This document shows, piece after piece, positions 13,716 through 26,009 of a DNA stretch of 64,000 nucleotides; the stretch's first letter is position 1; each line of letters opens with the position of its first letter. The notes beneath the pieces were generated by a model, which was not told the DNA's origin, made no database searches, and saw only the letters and a list, made by a program, of their open reading frames with translations. Source of the stretch: Hemiscyllium ocellatum (taxonomy: Eukaryota); the NCBI RefSeq assembly GCF_020745735.1, contig NC_083431.1:20674496-20738495 (forward strand), read 5' to 3'. The translations under genes and the position numbers were made by a program.

Positions 13716-14362
13716 TTTTACTTACCATTGAAGTTTATCTCATTGAAATAGGTTCAGCTATTGTGCTACCTCGGGTTCTTGTTGAAATTTCCAGAACCAA
13801 CCTTGAGATCCTACCTTGAGCCTTAAATTGGTATTTTTCTTTCTTTCCTATTTCAGGTAAGATCTCTCATTCTCATTCATCACCTGCTTTACTGTTTACA
13901 GACTTCTAGTTTCATAACTACCCAGAGCTATTAGATGTCTCTGAATATTGTCCCAGAAAAGTATAACTAATCACTCTAATGACCTAAAAACTGTTCTAAA
14001 ATGGTGAGCTGGGAGTAGCACATATCTTGCAGTTGCTCCTGAGATTCAGGCTCATTTCTTACAGTTAAGTGTTTGGAGGTAGATGGGGCAAGTGTAGGTT
14101 GGTGGGCCTAGTTTAGTTTGGATTATGGTCAGCATAGAGATTGAACCGACAGGTCTGTTTCTGTGCTATATAATTCTATGACTCTATGACCTCTGAAGTC
14201 AATGATATTTAATGCTGCTTGACCATTGATCTCATTTATCAACTATCAGGTGCTCAAGCTCCATCTATTCTGTTCACTGCTCCATCATTGACTAGTGGTT
14301 CTTTGAATTGTCCGAAAAATTTCTGTTGCCCTTAGCTCTTAGCACACTATCTGCAATGTCCA

Positions 14363-14513
14363 GCATCCAAGGAGCAGGAGAATCGATGTTTCGGGCATAA
14401 GCCCTTCTTCAGGAAGGCTTATGCCTAAAACGTCGATTCTCTTGCTCCTTGGCTGCTGCCTGACATGCTGAGCTTTTCCAGCTCTCCAGCATCTGCAGTC
14501 CTCACTTTCTCCC
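14363..14513. mobile_element. PLE family A short palindromic element (hammerhead on - strand, 14382-14415)
   Basis: Inverted arms around the hammerhead. 14-bp TSD ATCTGCAATGTCCA at 14349-14362 and 14514-14527. Confidence 0.85.
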
Positions 14514-14829
14514 ATCTGCAATGTCCACCCAGTTCTGACTACTTCTTTCTCTATCCCTTGTTTCTTTCACTCTTGGCAGCTTGACTTCCATTACTGACCT
14601 GGGTTTCTTTCCCTTCATGACTCTATCAGCTTCAACTCCTCTGCTCAGTGAGCATATCAGGTGTACTTTGTTTAAACTGATGCAATGTTTCAGTGATCCT
14701 GGCATTTTTATGATTTGAGTTCCAGATTTTTAACATTGTTGATATAGCCTATCTTCCTGAGGCCTGGTGACAGCGCAAACATCACGCAGTAGCCACGGTT
14801 AAATTACTCCACAATTGAACGATCAAATT

Positions 14830-15900
14830 TTAATTCTGCATTCCAGGTAATCCAGTTCTGAATGATGGTGGGAAAATTAAACAACTAACGAGGAGGAGAC
14901 TCCTTAATGAGGAGAAGCCCTAGTAATGAGCGCAAAAGACAAAAATCTATTTTGACCTCCTCCGGATATCTCCAACATCACTGATATCAGTCGTCAGCTA
15001 ATCTGATTCACTCCATGTAACATTAAGAAATGGATTAAGGCATTGAATATTGTGAAAACTATGGATGGTGACTATATTCAGTCAATAGTACTGAAGAGTT
15101 GTGTTCCAGAAGTAGCTGTGCTCCTAGCCCAGCCATTTCAATATCTATACAACACTGACATCTGTCCAACAATGTGGAAAATTCCCCAAGTACACCTTGC
15201 CCAAAATAATAATACAAATCCAATCCAATCAATTTCCCTCTCATTAGTCCGTTCTCAACAATCAGTAAAGTGATGGAAGAGATCATTGAAAATACTATCA
15301 ATCTGCATTTGCTCAACAATAAGCTTGCTAACTCAGTTTGAGTTCTGTCAGGACCACTCTGCTCCTGACCTCATTACAGTCCTGGTCCAAACATGGGCAC
15401 AAGAGCTGAATTTTAGAGGTGAGTTGAAAGTGACTGCCCTTTATATCGAGGCTGCATTTGATGAGTGTAGCGCTCAAGGAGTCCTGGAAGATTGAAGCTG
15501 ATCAGAAGAAAGGCTCTCCATTGTTTGGAGTCATCGCTAGCACAAAGGAAGGTGGAGTTGCTTGAGGTCAGTCATCTCAATCCGAGGATGTCACTGCATG
15601 TGTTCTTCATGTAATACACTAGGCCCATTCATCTCTCGCTGCTTCATCAATGACTTCCCTCCATAATAAGGTCAGAAGCAGAAACGTTCACTGATGATTA
15701 CACATCTGGGAATTCTCAGCTATTACAGCAAACCCAATCCAAATGCAGCAAGATCTGGGCAACATCCATTTTGGGCTGATAGGTAGCTAGTAACATTTGG
15801 ATCACACATCGGCAAGACAATGGCTGTCTCAAAGGGGGAGACTCTAACCATATCCCCTTAGCATTCAATGGTATAACCACTTCTGAAATCCCTTATATCA
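14830..15900 (+). mobile_element. Decayed LINE RT fragment (CR1/L2 group)
   Basis: PTMWKIPQV, QFEFCQDHSAPDL, VTALYIEAAFD (motif A-like); many frameshifts. Confidence 0.75.
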
Positions 15901-16073
15901 GAAATTATTTAGATTAATTTAGTATATCTAGTCGGAGTGGATGAGTTGTAGTGTGCTCCGAGCCAATGGCAACAAAAATTGATGGGGAATTCAAAGAACC
16001 ACTAGTCAATGATGGAGCAGTGAACAGAATAGATAGAGCTTGAGCGCCTGATAGTTGATAAATGTGATCAATG

Positions 16074-16296
16074 CTGAAAATGTGTTGCTGGAAAAGCGCA
16101 GCAGGTCAGGCAGCATCCAAGGAGTAGGAGAATCGACATTTCGGCCATGAGCCCTTCTTCAGGCATGGTTCCTGAAGAAGGGCTCATGCCCAAAATGTCG
16201 ATTCTCCTACTCCTTGGATGCTGCCTGACCTGCTGCGCTTTTCCAGCAACACATTTTCAGCTCTGATCTCCAGCATTTGCAGTCCTCACTTTCTCC
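16074..16296. mobile_element. PLE family A palindromic element with hammerhead-like motifs on both strands
   Basis: Near-perfect inverted arms of about 90 bp around a 7-nt spacer. 15-bp TSD TAAATGTGATCAATG at 16059-16073 and 16297-16311. Confidence 0.9.
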
Positions 16297-18550
16297 TAAA
16301 TGTGATCAATGGCCAAGTAGCATTAAATATCATTACTTCAGCGGTAAGAATAATAAGTCATAGTGTCATAGCATCATAGTCACAGAATCATACAGCATAG
16401 AAACAGACCCTTTGGTTCAACCACTCCATGCTGACCTTAATCCCAAACTAAACTAGGCCCAACTGCCTGCGCTTGGTCAATAAACCTCCAAACATTTAAC
16501 TGCAAGAAATGAGCCTGATTCTGCGGAGTAACTGCAAGATACATGCTATTTGAGTTTCCAGTGACCGAAACAAAAAAAAGTTGCATGAGAGAATTTTTAC
16601 TTTTACTTACAAAATAAACAACATTGAATAAACATTATTTAGTCAGTAGTTAGCACTTTAAGCTATTATAAAGATATCTCTTTTAAGCTTCTTAAAACAA
16701 TTGATGACACCACACCGCATTTATACATTCACCATACTTCAGACACTAAAAGAAAGCACAAATAGAAATGGAATGTGCCAATGTGAGAGAAATGAGGGAA
16801 AGTTGAGAAAGGAAGAATAGCAAATGCAGGGGAAAGAAGGAATTCTAACAATATAAAAAGGACTAAATCTCCACTTTGAGTAGCAAGGTACAATACAGTC
16901 ATAGAAAGAAAAAAACCAAGAAAAGTATTAAAACAGACTGCTGCTTCGCAATCCACTTAACAGTGGATTAAAATCTGTCATATTTGCTCTACCAGACCCA
17001 AAAAGAGAAAAACATATTAACATCATGAGTATAAGACCCAGCCCTTTCTTTTCCGCGAGCCTTCCATTTCTTTTGAGGCAATGAACATTGTGTCATCATT
17101 AAGGAGAATTTTTCTGAGTATATAAAGCCATAATGGAAAGCATTGTTACAAGGCATTCCTGTTACATTACTGAAACTGAAACAGAAAATTGCAGTCACTT
17201 GCATTTTTTTCATCTGGGTTTTCAGTAGATTAGGATTCAAATAGCTAGAGTGTGACGCCGAATAAAGGCAACAGTGTAGGTTCAATCCTTGTGCTGGATG
17301 TGGCAATTCATAGAGACCTGACTTCTGACTTCACCCTATTCTTTTGACATGGCTAGCCTCAAGCTATACTTAAACAACTGCCACTCTCTAATGGAAAGAG
17401 ATGCCCACAGTCTGGTGCAGACATTGCCTCCCGCCTCCATAACAACAGTATAAATAATTTTGCTATAATAAATAGCCTTAAATTTTCTTTGTGAAATCTA
17501 ATAGGGGATAATACTTCTGGCATGGTAATGAATTCAGTTTGGCACTTTGTTGATAATTGTAAGACTAATATGTTTTATTAACAGCAGGTATGTTAGAGTT
17601 CATGAACATCTTTACTTTCATAGTGCCTTAAAAAACCCTCAAAGTATTACAAGGTGTTTGACATTTGATTAGTTATTTTGAAGTGTAATCAATATTCATA
17701 TGTTTGGAAACAAGCGGATATTTTGCAATGCATTACCACACAATAGCAATGAGTGACCTATGAATCTATATTTGGTATGCCTGAAGATAACTGAATAGTA
17801 TTATTATTATTGAATAGTACATGAGATCTTTATTTTCTACATTACCAATGCATTAGGAAAACAGGTTGTCTTCAATAATGCAGGACCCCACTGAAATGGC
17901 AGACTTCAAATTCTGCTCACGTTTTAGAATGGAGCTTGAATGCTTAACTTGCTGAATAGATAATATGTGATGGAAACTGTGAAATTTATGTATATGAATT
18001 TTAATATTATTTAGTAGATGCTTGGGTTTATGGTTTCTGAGTTGGTAGTCATTGGGCTTCGGTGCTCTGAAATTAATAATTGTTCATATTTCTGTGACCA
18101 TGGTGATTTCTTTTAAAACACTTGTTGAGGGTTAACTGTAGAATTGACATGCATTTATACACACAAATAGTGCTTTAAGAATGAACAAGTTCTAGTGTAG
18201 AAAGAGAGGGAAGGTTTTTTTTTAAGCTTAAGGAAAACACCTATTGGTTAGAGAGGTTTCTTTTTAGTTCTGCTCTAAATATGGGGCAGTCCTGTGAAGT
18301 TATTTGAATAGAATGGCTAAATAGACTCACGTTCCTGAAAAGAAATATATATAGTGAACTAAATTACTTTGGAATAAAGAACTAGTGCTAGTTTCAGACC
18401 AGAAGTGTTGGTCTGAAGCCATGAAGAGGTTACTTAAAGCTGAGCATGCTCAAGCAGGTATTTAATAAGCCCAGGGAAAATCTACCTGCAGTTCCAATCT
18501 AAAAATTAAAATTACAAATGACTTAAGCTTGCCGATGTGTTAGATAATAG

Positions 18551-18707
18551 CAATGTTCCCTCTAAACTGCACGGATGTTTGCAGCCGCTCCAAATTGCCA
18601 CACACAGCAATTGACATCAGCATGCTGATCATGACATTGACAAAGTTACTGCTACATACATATCTCATAGGGCTGTGCAGGCAGAAATAAAATTAGCAGG
18701 AACTTTG
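18551..18707. mobile_element. Possible hAT-type MITE
   Basis: 15-bp imperfect TIRs CAATGTTCCCTCTAA / TTAGCAGGAACTTTG (12/15); TSD not clear. Confidence 0.45.
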
Positions 18708-19921
18708 AAAACAAGGACTCTGGTATGAGTATTATAGAAGTGGTGTTTTGGATGCTTATCGGTGGTCTGTTTTGGGAATGATGCCAAAGCTGCTTCTTCA
18801 ATACTTAAAGATGTATGGTGATTAATGGAAGTATGCTTTTAATATATGTTTAAATAGGCTTGATTTTTTATTATAAGTTGATGATTTGTTTATTCTATTT
18901 TATCTTAATTTCTTGCATAATAAACTTCTGAGTTACTGTTAAAGCATGTTTACTTTTCAGCAAGAGTCCACTTCATTAAAACCAAAACAAATCAGACCTG
19001 ATTTAATAAGCCAAGTTCCTGTCTGGGAACTGACTTGTCTGGTAATAACATCAGTTGGAATCATATCAGATGGAAACAACAATGATGGAACTATTTAAAG
19101 CTGACTTGAGTTTGGTTTCCTGGGTTTGCATGAATGGAATCCCTATCAAAGTGATTTGGATTCAATGTGGCAAGTGGCTATTTGGCTCATTGAATATATA
19201 CTGGTGTTGGTTCTATAAAGGGTCTATTTATCAGAATCACATTTGATTAATCTTTCCCTACAACTGAGCAGAAATGTAAACAAAGTATATTTTAGTCAAA
19301 CAATAATAATCAACATGAATCGACAATGAAAATGAACTTTAAAATAGAAATGGATTGACTGAATTTACAATGTCTGAAATTGGATTGTTGTTTAATCATT
19401 GAACAGAATTGATTCTGGACTTCTTGACTGTCAAGTCCTTTAAGGAGGCTAATAAAATGTGTAACAGATGGGTAATTTTGCTGCCTGAACCAACAGTAAT
19501 TATGCTATTTGCAATTATACCAGTAGAACTGAAATGGTTTCCACTACAAACAATGCAAAATGGCACTGTGAAAGTATTTTATAAAAGTTTCTTTGACTAT
19601 TAGGTACAACAGTAGAACTAAAGGTGTGGAATAGAAAGGTTCTAGCTGTTCCCAGAACAAGGCATCTGTACCAAATTTCATCCTGCAGTGGATTTATGCA
19701 TTCATGTAGAAACATCTGTTCACTGTGAGAATCTTTCCACAATCCAGTAAAATTAATGGGAAAGGAAGCCTTGTCAGTTTTAATCTACTGGCAGTGTGAT
19801 GCTGTCAGTAACCTCCCAAAACCTATATCATAGGAGTCACGAATCTTTCCTGATGTGTGCTCAGGAAACATTTCAGTGTCAATGAATCACATAGCTTTTT
19901 TTTTTCTTTTTCCTCCTCCAG

Positions 19922-20077
19922 TATATGTACTCTTACATCAAGAGTCTGTCTGACAATCCTTTCCAGGATTTCCTCGAATATCTTTCCCACAGCTCAGATT
20001 TTTTCCGTCAAAAAAGAGAAGGCGATTGGTGGAGGAAGCAGTTTGCAGAACTGTTCCTGGCATGTGACGTTGGAAAG
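19922..20077 (+). CDS. EFCAB5: EFCAB5 internal coding exon (YMYSYIKSL...QFAELFLACDVGK), phase 0-0
   Basis: Long polypyrimidine tract and CAG acceptor ending at 19921; AAG|GTCAGT donor; 156 nt open. Resembles the vertebrate EFCAB5 segment 'QMFAELFLHCDHGK' as I recall it. Not in the ORF track in this frame. Confidence 0.9.
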
Positions 20078-20951
20078 GTCAGTCATTAGACAGTGTACTG
20101 TCTGAGATTGTGACATTTTGTGAGACAGAAAGGTAAGTAGAATTAATTCCACTTAGCCAAGTGCTTGATGAGGCATGACTGGGAATTTCCATATTTGTGT
20201 TGAGTCAAATCTGCCAGTATGCAGCTGTGGAATAGGAAGTTTGACAAGTCCCATTACGGGCCATTATTAACCAGATCCTGAATTATTCCCAACAGCACAG
20301 CACTTCCATAATGGGCAATTCAGGTTATAAGTGGAAACTGTTTTTGTGCTGCAAAAAAAATCAGGTAGATAATTTCCAGTAAAATGCTTTTGTATAGAGC
20401 TGTCTTTTGGCATCAACAAAACAACAGTTACCATTTTCTTCCTGCCCCAAGGTCAAAGGAATAAAGTTAATTAATCTCCCACCACCACTACAAGCAGATA
20501 AATGTCCTGGTGGTTTGAGAAATTAAACAGCGGATCGTACTTAGTCCTGACCATACAATGGCTCCCAGTGCATCAGCTTCTTGGTTTATTGCATTCATGT
20601 TTAAATCCTCATGGCTTTACATGTGACCTTCTTTAATCTGTAAGCATCTGCCGAAACAGTTTGGACTTGATGTTTTGCCCACATGGGGACCTGGAACAGA
20701 AGGGTGTGGGCATTAAAAATCGCAATACTGGTCTCCACTAAATCATTCTCCTGGTGGACAGATGACGTAGGATGGATGAGGGGGTTAGCTAATTAAGCCT
20801 TGCTTGAAGGTTTTTCAACACTAACCATAGGAGGCTGACTGGAATTTTCAAGGTGGCCTCCAGGTTCCCAGCACCAAGCTGAATGACCAACTATCCAAGC
20901 AGGCATAGAGCCCCTCTGTAGTAGCCTGGAGTTCTCCCTTACCCTCCGTGT

Positions 20952-21335
20952 ACAGACACACACACATACCACATGAACAGCATGTGCACGTGCACACACA
21001 TAGGTACACAGACACACCATACATACGCACACCACACATACAGACGTGCACACATACCACACGCACACACATACATACCACAGTGCCCCCCCCACACAAA
21101 TAACACACACATACCGCGCACACAGACATACACACATACCACACACACTCATACATACTACAGCACTCCCCCAGACAAGCAAACACACTCAGACGCACCA
21201 CAGCCCCCCTACACAAACACACACACACCACACCCAACGCAAATGCATACACACCACATCCCCTCAACATACACACACACAAACACACCAGACACACCAA
21301 ACACTCACAGACACACCACACACACTCAAACACAT
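20952..21335. repeat. Degenerate (CA)n low-complexity tract
   Basis: About 380 bp of CA-rich sequence; source of the H/T- and C/V-rich pseudo-ORFs. Confidence 0.95.
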
Positions 21336-23055
21336 TTTTTACAAATTCAAAATATACTGTATTAATAAAAAAGACTATAAAGCCATGAAAGCAATCTGGT
21401 TCTGTACAGTAGCACATGAAGAAAACAAACATTGGAGTTTTACTTTATCCATCAAACAAACTAAAAGCATCTCTTACTTGATTAAGACTATATTTATATA
21501 CATTTGTGTCACCCCAATTGAACAGATCCCAATTTTACTTTGGCAGAAAGACATTAGATACACGCACACAAAACTGACTGCACTAGACAATATTTTTATT
21601 CATAGAAACGATACTACATTTTGTCACATACTTTGCATTGCACGTTGCTTCTGTTTTGAAGTTGGAAAGAATCTTATTGGCCCTCCCTCCTCAGGAGCCC
21701 ATGAATTTGCCCTTTGGTCATTAATTGATAGCTCCGGGTAAAAAGCACATTGCGTGACACTTTCCCACAAAGCACAGGCTTCTGACCTCCATTTAAACCA
21801 GAAAGTGGGTTCTGAGTTCTTCAGGTAAAATCTTTCCCTTTACCTCTGCAACTCACCTTTTTAAAAATCCCTTTCTTAAGTCCCTTTTCCCCTTTTTTTG
21901 CATCTTCAGCCATGCCTCAGCTGCCTCAGCCCACTATTTGGCCTTCCCTGCTTAAGCCTCTCCACCTTGCTGCCTTCAGGACCATATCTGAAACTCACCT
22001 CATCAACTGAGCTTTTGTTAGCCTTTCTTGAACTTCTCCATTTGTTTCTGACCATACCGTTTCCTGCAATTAAACAGGCAGCTTGTTAATGAACCTGAAG
22101 TCTGAAAAATATTGTTGGAGTACTTATCTCTGAATTTCCTATATCCCAATTGTCATGAAGTTATATTGGTGATCAAATTTAGAAGTGATGCCTGTGTTTT
22201 TGGTCCTGCTGGTGATACTGTAAGTCCAAAGTGCTGCCTCTACTGAACATATAGACTTCTAATGATGGCAGAGTTTGATACTGGTGAGATTAAGGGTTCA
22301 AAAACAGGGAGCTTGAATAGGAAATAGGAAGATTTGTAAAGTCAGTCAGAATCTAACAGTAATTTGGCAGCTGTACATCATTTTCAAGTTTATATTCCAG
22401 CTAATGCTTCGTTTAACCATGCATGTAATCATTGGAAGCACCTCCCACCAGTGCTATTTGAAGTTATCTATCTTCAGGATAGATGCTGATTTATATCTGC
22501 TGGCTGTTGTGGAATTCATGCTTGAGGTTTATCCTGCTTTATGTTGTTGAACTGGACAGGTGTAAGTCCTTGGTTCTCACTTTGAGGGTGTTGCTTAGTC
22601 TATTGCCCACAGCCATGGGTGTTAGAGTTCCATTTCCTTGCCCCACAGGATGACAGCAGTATGACAATGATAAGCTCTATGAAAATACAGAGGCATAAGG
22701 CTGTCAGCAGGAAGCCAGATTCTCACTTTCATCGGGGACCATTTCTCCTACCTTGCTTTAAGCCAGGACCAGTGTATGTGACATTTCAGCTGTTTTGATA
22801 AGGTGCTCATCTGGCCTGCCCCTGCTTCAGAGCAGGGTGAGAATGGCATTACTGATGGCTGTCAGGTTGGCAGCTGCCATGAATTGTGTGTTGGGCTCAT
22901 CCCATGTTGGAGCTGAGGACATCTCGAATATCTTGCAAATCCGTCCACTGATTTATGAGAGGTGATTGACATACTGCATGCAAAGAGTGGGTGATATGTT
23001 ACAGTTGCACTGTTGAGTGACAAGAAGGCTGAGTATGTACACGTTTTCCCCCGGA

Positions 23056-25035
23056 TAGAGTCATAGATTCATACACCATGGAACGAAGCCCTTTGGCCCA
23101 ATTTGTCCATGTCAACCAATTTCCCAAGCTAAACTGGTCTCATTTGTCTGTGTGTGGCCCATATCCCTCTAGACCTTCCCTATTCATGTACCTGTCCAAA
23201 TGTCCTTTAAATGTTGTAACTGCACCTGCACCTACCACTTCCGCTGACAGTTCATTCCACATATAAACCACCCTCTATGTGAAAAAGTTCTCTCAGTTTC
23301 CTTTTAAATCTTACTTCTCTCACCTTAACAATATGCCCACTAGTTTTGAACTCCCTCATTCTAGGAAAAAAGATCTTTGCTATTCATCTTATCTATGCTC
23401 CTCCTGATTTTGTAAACCTCTAAAAGGTTATCCCTCAACCTTCTATGCTGCAATGAAAAGAAGCTCAACCTATTCCACCTATCCATATAACTCAACCCTT
23501 CATTCCCAGGAACATCCTGGTAAGTCTTTTAAAATCATAAAACAAAGGAGTGGAAGTAAGGCCATTTGGCCCATCAGGTACACTCCGCCATTCAATCATG
23601 GCTGATGGGTATTTCAATGCCACTTACCCGCACTCTTCCCATATCCCTTAATTCCTTGCGAGAGTAAGATTTTATCAATCTCTGCCTTGAAGACATTTAA
23701 CATCCCAGCCTCCTCTGCGCTCCATGGCAATGAAGTCCATAGGCCCACCACTCTCTGGCTGAAGAAATGTCTCCTCATTTCCATTTTAAATTGACCCCAT
23801 GCAATTCTAAGGCTGTGCCCACGTCTAATGGAAATAAATTCCTAGCGTCCACCCTTTCTAAGCCATGCATTATCTTCTAAGTTTTTATTAGATCTCCCCT
23901 CAACCTTGTAGGAGAAAGTGAGGACTGCAGATGCTGGAGATCAGAGCTGAAAATGTGTTGCTGGAAAAGAGCAGCAGGTCAGGCAGCATCCAAGGATCAG
24001 GAGATTCGATGTTCCTGAAGAAGGGCTCATGCCCGAAACATCGAATCTCCTGCTCCTTGGATGCTGCCTGACCAGCTGCACTTTTCCAGCAACCTATTTT
24101 CAGCTCCCCTCAACCTTCCAAACTCTGATGAATACAATCCCAAGATCCTTAGCTGTTCATCATATATTAGGCCTATCATTCTAGGGATCATCCGTGTGAA
24201 TCTCTGCTGGACACTCTCAAGTGCCAGCATGTCTTTCCTGAGGTGTGGGTTCCAAAATCAGACACAATATTTTAAATGGGGCCTAACCAGAGCTTTATAA
24301 AGTCTCAGTAGCACATCACTTTTACATTCCAACTCTCTTGAGATAATTAGCAACATTGCATTTGCTTTCTTAACCACGAACTCAACCAGCAAGTCAATCT
24401 TTAGAGAATCCTGGACTAACATTCCCAGATCCCTTTGTACTTTGGCTTTACGAATTTTCTCACTGTTTAGAAAAATACCATGTTTGTATTCTTTTTTCCT
24501 TGCATTTGCTCACATTCAATTTCATTAGCCATTGGACCACTCTCCTGAACTGTCTAAATCTTTTTGAAGTCTCCCCACCTCCTTAGAACTACCTGCCTGT
24601 CCACAACTCCGTATCATCGGCGAACTTCGCCAGAATGTCTGCAGTCCCTTCATCCAGATCATTAATATATAAAGTGACAGTTGTCACCAGCTGTCATTCC
24701 AAAAAAGAACCTTTTATCCCAACTTTCTGCCTTCTGTCAGACAGCCAATCCTCGATCCATGCCAGTAGCTCACCTTGAACACCATGGGCCCTCACCTTAC
24801 TCAGCAGCCTCCCGTGAGGCACCTTATTAAAGGCCTTTCAGAAATCTAGGTAAGTAACATCCACAGAGTTTCCTGAACCCTCTCCAATTTAATAATATCC
24901 TTTTTCTGGCAGGGCAACCAGAACTGCACACAGTTTTCCAAAAGTGGTCACATCAACATCCTGTACAACCTCAACTTGATGTCTCAACTCCGATACCCAA
25001 TGGTCTGAGCAATGAAGGCAAGCATGATAAACACG
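23056..25035 (-). mobile_element. Nested CR1 LINE fragments (outer 23056-23530 and 24870-25035; inner about 23533-24870)
   Basis: Minus-strand LESVQQRFTRMIP-type CR1 C-terminus; the outer element resumes after the inner one. Confidence 0.82.
23908..24103. mobile_element. PLE family A palindromic element (hammerhead on + strand, 24011-24046)
   Basis: GUUC-CUGAAGA-A-GGGC(UCAU)GCCC-GAAA-CA-UC-GAAU. 14-bp TSD CTCCCCTCAACCTT at 23894-23907 and 24104-24117. Confidence 0.88.
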
Positions 25036-25909
25036 TCCCAACAAACAAAAAAGAGATCTGAGGGTTTATATAGACAAATCTGTGTAATTATGACAAGGTA
25101 GTTATATGAACCTGTATAAAACACTGGTTAGGTGTTAGCTGGAATATTGTGGGTAAAGCAGACCATTTTACCTTTGGAAGGTCTTGGGGGAATACAGAGG
25201 AAGTTCACTAGAATTGTCTCAGAGTGGTGTGCCTAGACTTGAGACGCTGTGGATACTCTCCTTGGAACAGATGAAATTGAGGGTTCATGTATTATAATTT
25301 GTCAATGTTTTTGAAGGATTTTCATAGAATAGATACAGACAGGAGGTTTGGTAATTGGCAAAATTCCAGAAAGATATTTTAAAAATGTTGTATGTAGCAA
25401 GTTGACCTAGAATGTGCTGCCTGAAAAGATGTTGGAAAGAGATTTAACAGTAGCTTTTAAAAGGAAATTTGATAAGTACTTGATAAGCAGAAATTTGCAG
25501 GGATTGTTTGGAAGAACCCATCAAGTGGGACTATTAGGATAATGGGTACAAAGTGCAAGAGTCATAATGAACTGAAATAGTGTCACAGGCACAATGGACT
25601 GAAATACCTCTTTCTGTGCTACTTAATTAAATGAAAAATTATACAAGTGAATAATAATAAAATACACATTTTGACACAAGGGTAGAATTAGATTAAACAG
25701 AAAATGCTGTTAGACCATTGTAGTGCAGACTGGAAAAATGCTCCATGATATTACCTATAAAAGATAACTGTAATTGATTCATGCTGTGATTGAAAGGAGA
25801 AAATCAAGTAATTATATAATTTCGGTATTGCAGCATTTCAATTTATGTAATATATTTGGCATAACAAAATAATTAAATGCTGGTTTCTTCTACACCTTCT
25901 TCCCTGCAG

Positions 25910-26009
25910 GCAGGATATCTCAATAGGAACAGGGTTATCATATTAATTGAAGAGTTCTATGATTATAGTTTGGGCACCAAAGGAGCTGAATTCCGCAACC
26001 CCAGGCAAT
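25910..26009 (+). CDS. EFCAB5: EFCAB5 exon (AGYLNRNRVIILIEEFYDY...FRNPRQ/W), phase 0-1
   Basis: Acceptor ttcttccctgcAG, donor GTGAGT, 100 nt. Matches the recalled EFCAB5 motif 'GFLDRQR...FYD...RNPRQW'; the W codon is completed by the next exon (T|GG). Confidence 0.92.

Larger units (their letters stand above)
14016..16548. repeat. Local inverted duplication (arms about 14016-14349 and 15949-16548)
   Basis: For example 14221-14309 is the near reverse complement of 15989-16073 plus 16312-16314; the right arm is split by the 16074-16296 insertion. Confidence 0.88.

Noticed and set aside
17966-19068. Possible solo LTR (TG...CA); similar impressions at about 38400-39390 and 41440-42670
   Set aside because: No convincing TSD, primer-binding site, polypurine tract or second copy in the window.
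1-19921. Upstream EFCAB5 exons (candidates near 1681-1758, 5755, 6416, 12368, 19407, 19604)
   Set aside because: AG...GT pairs exist, but the translations show no EFCAB5 similarity or hit stops. A short divergent exon could still have been missed.
20793-21741. Overlapping 130-231 aa ORFs on both strands
   Set aside because: Artefacts of the degenerate (CA)n tract; H/T or C/V low complexity and no splice or domain support.
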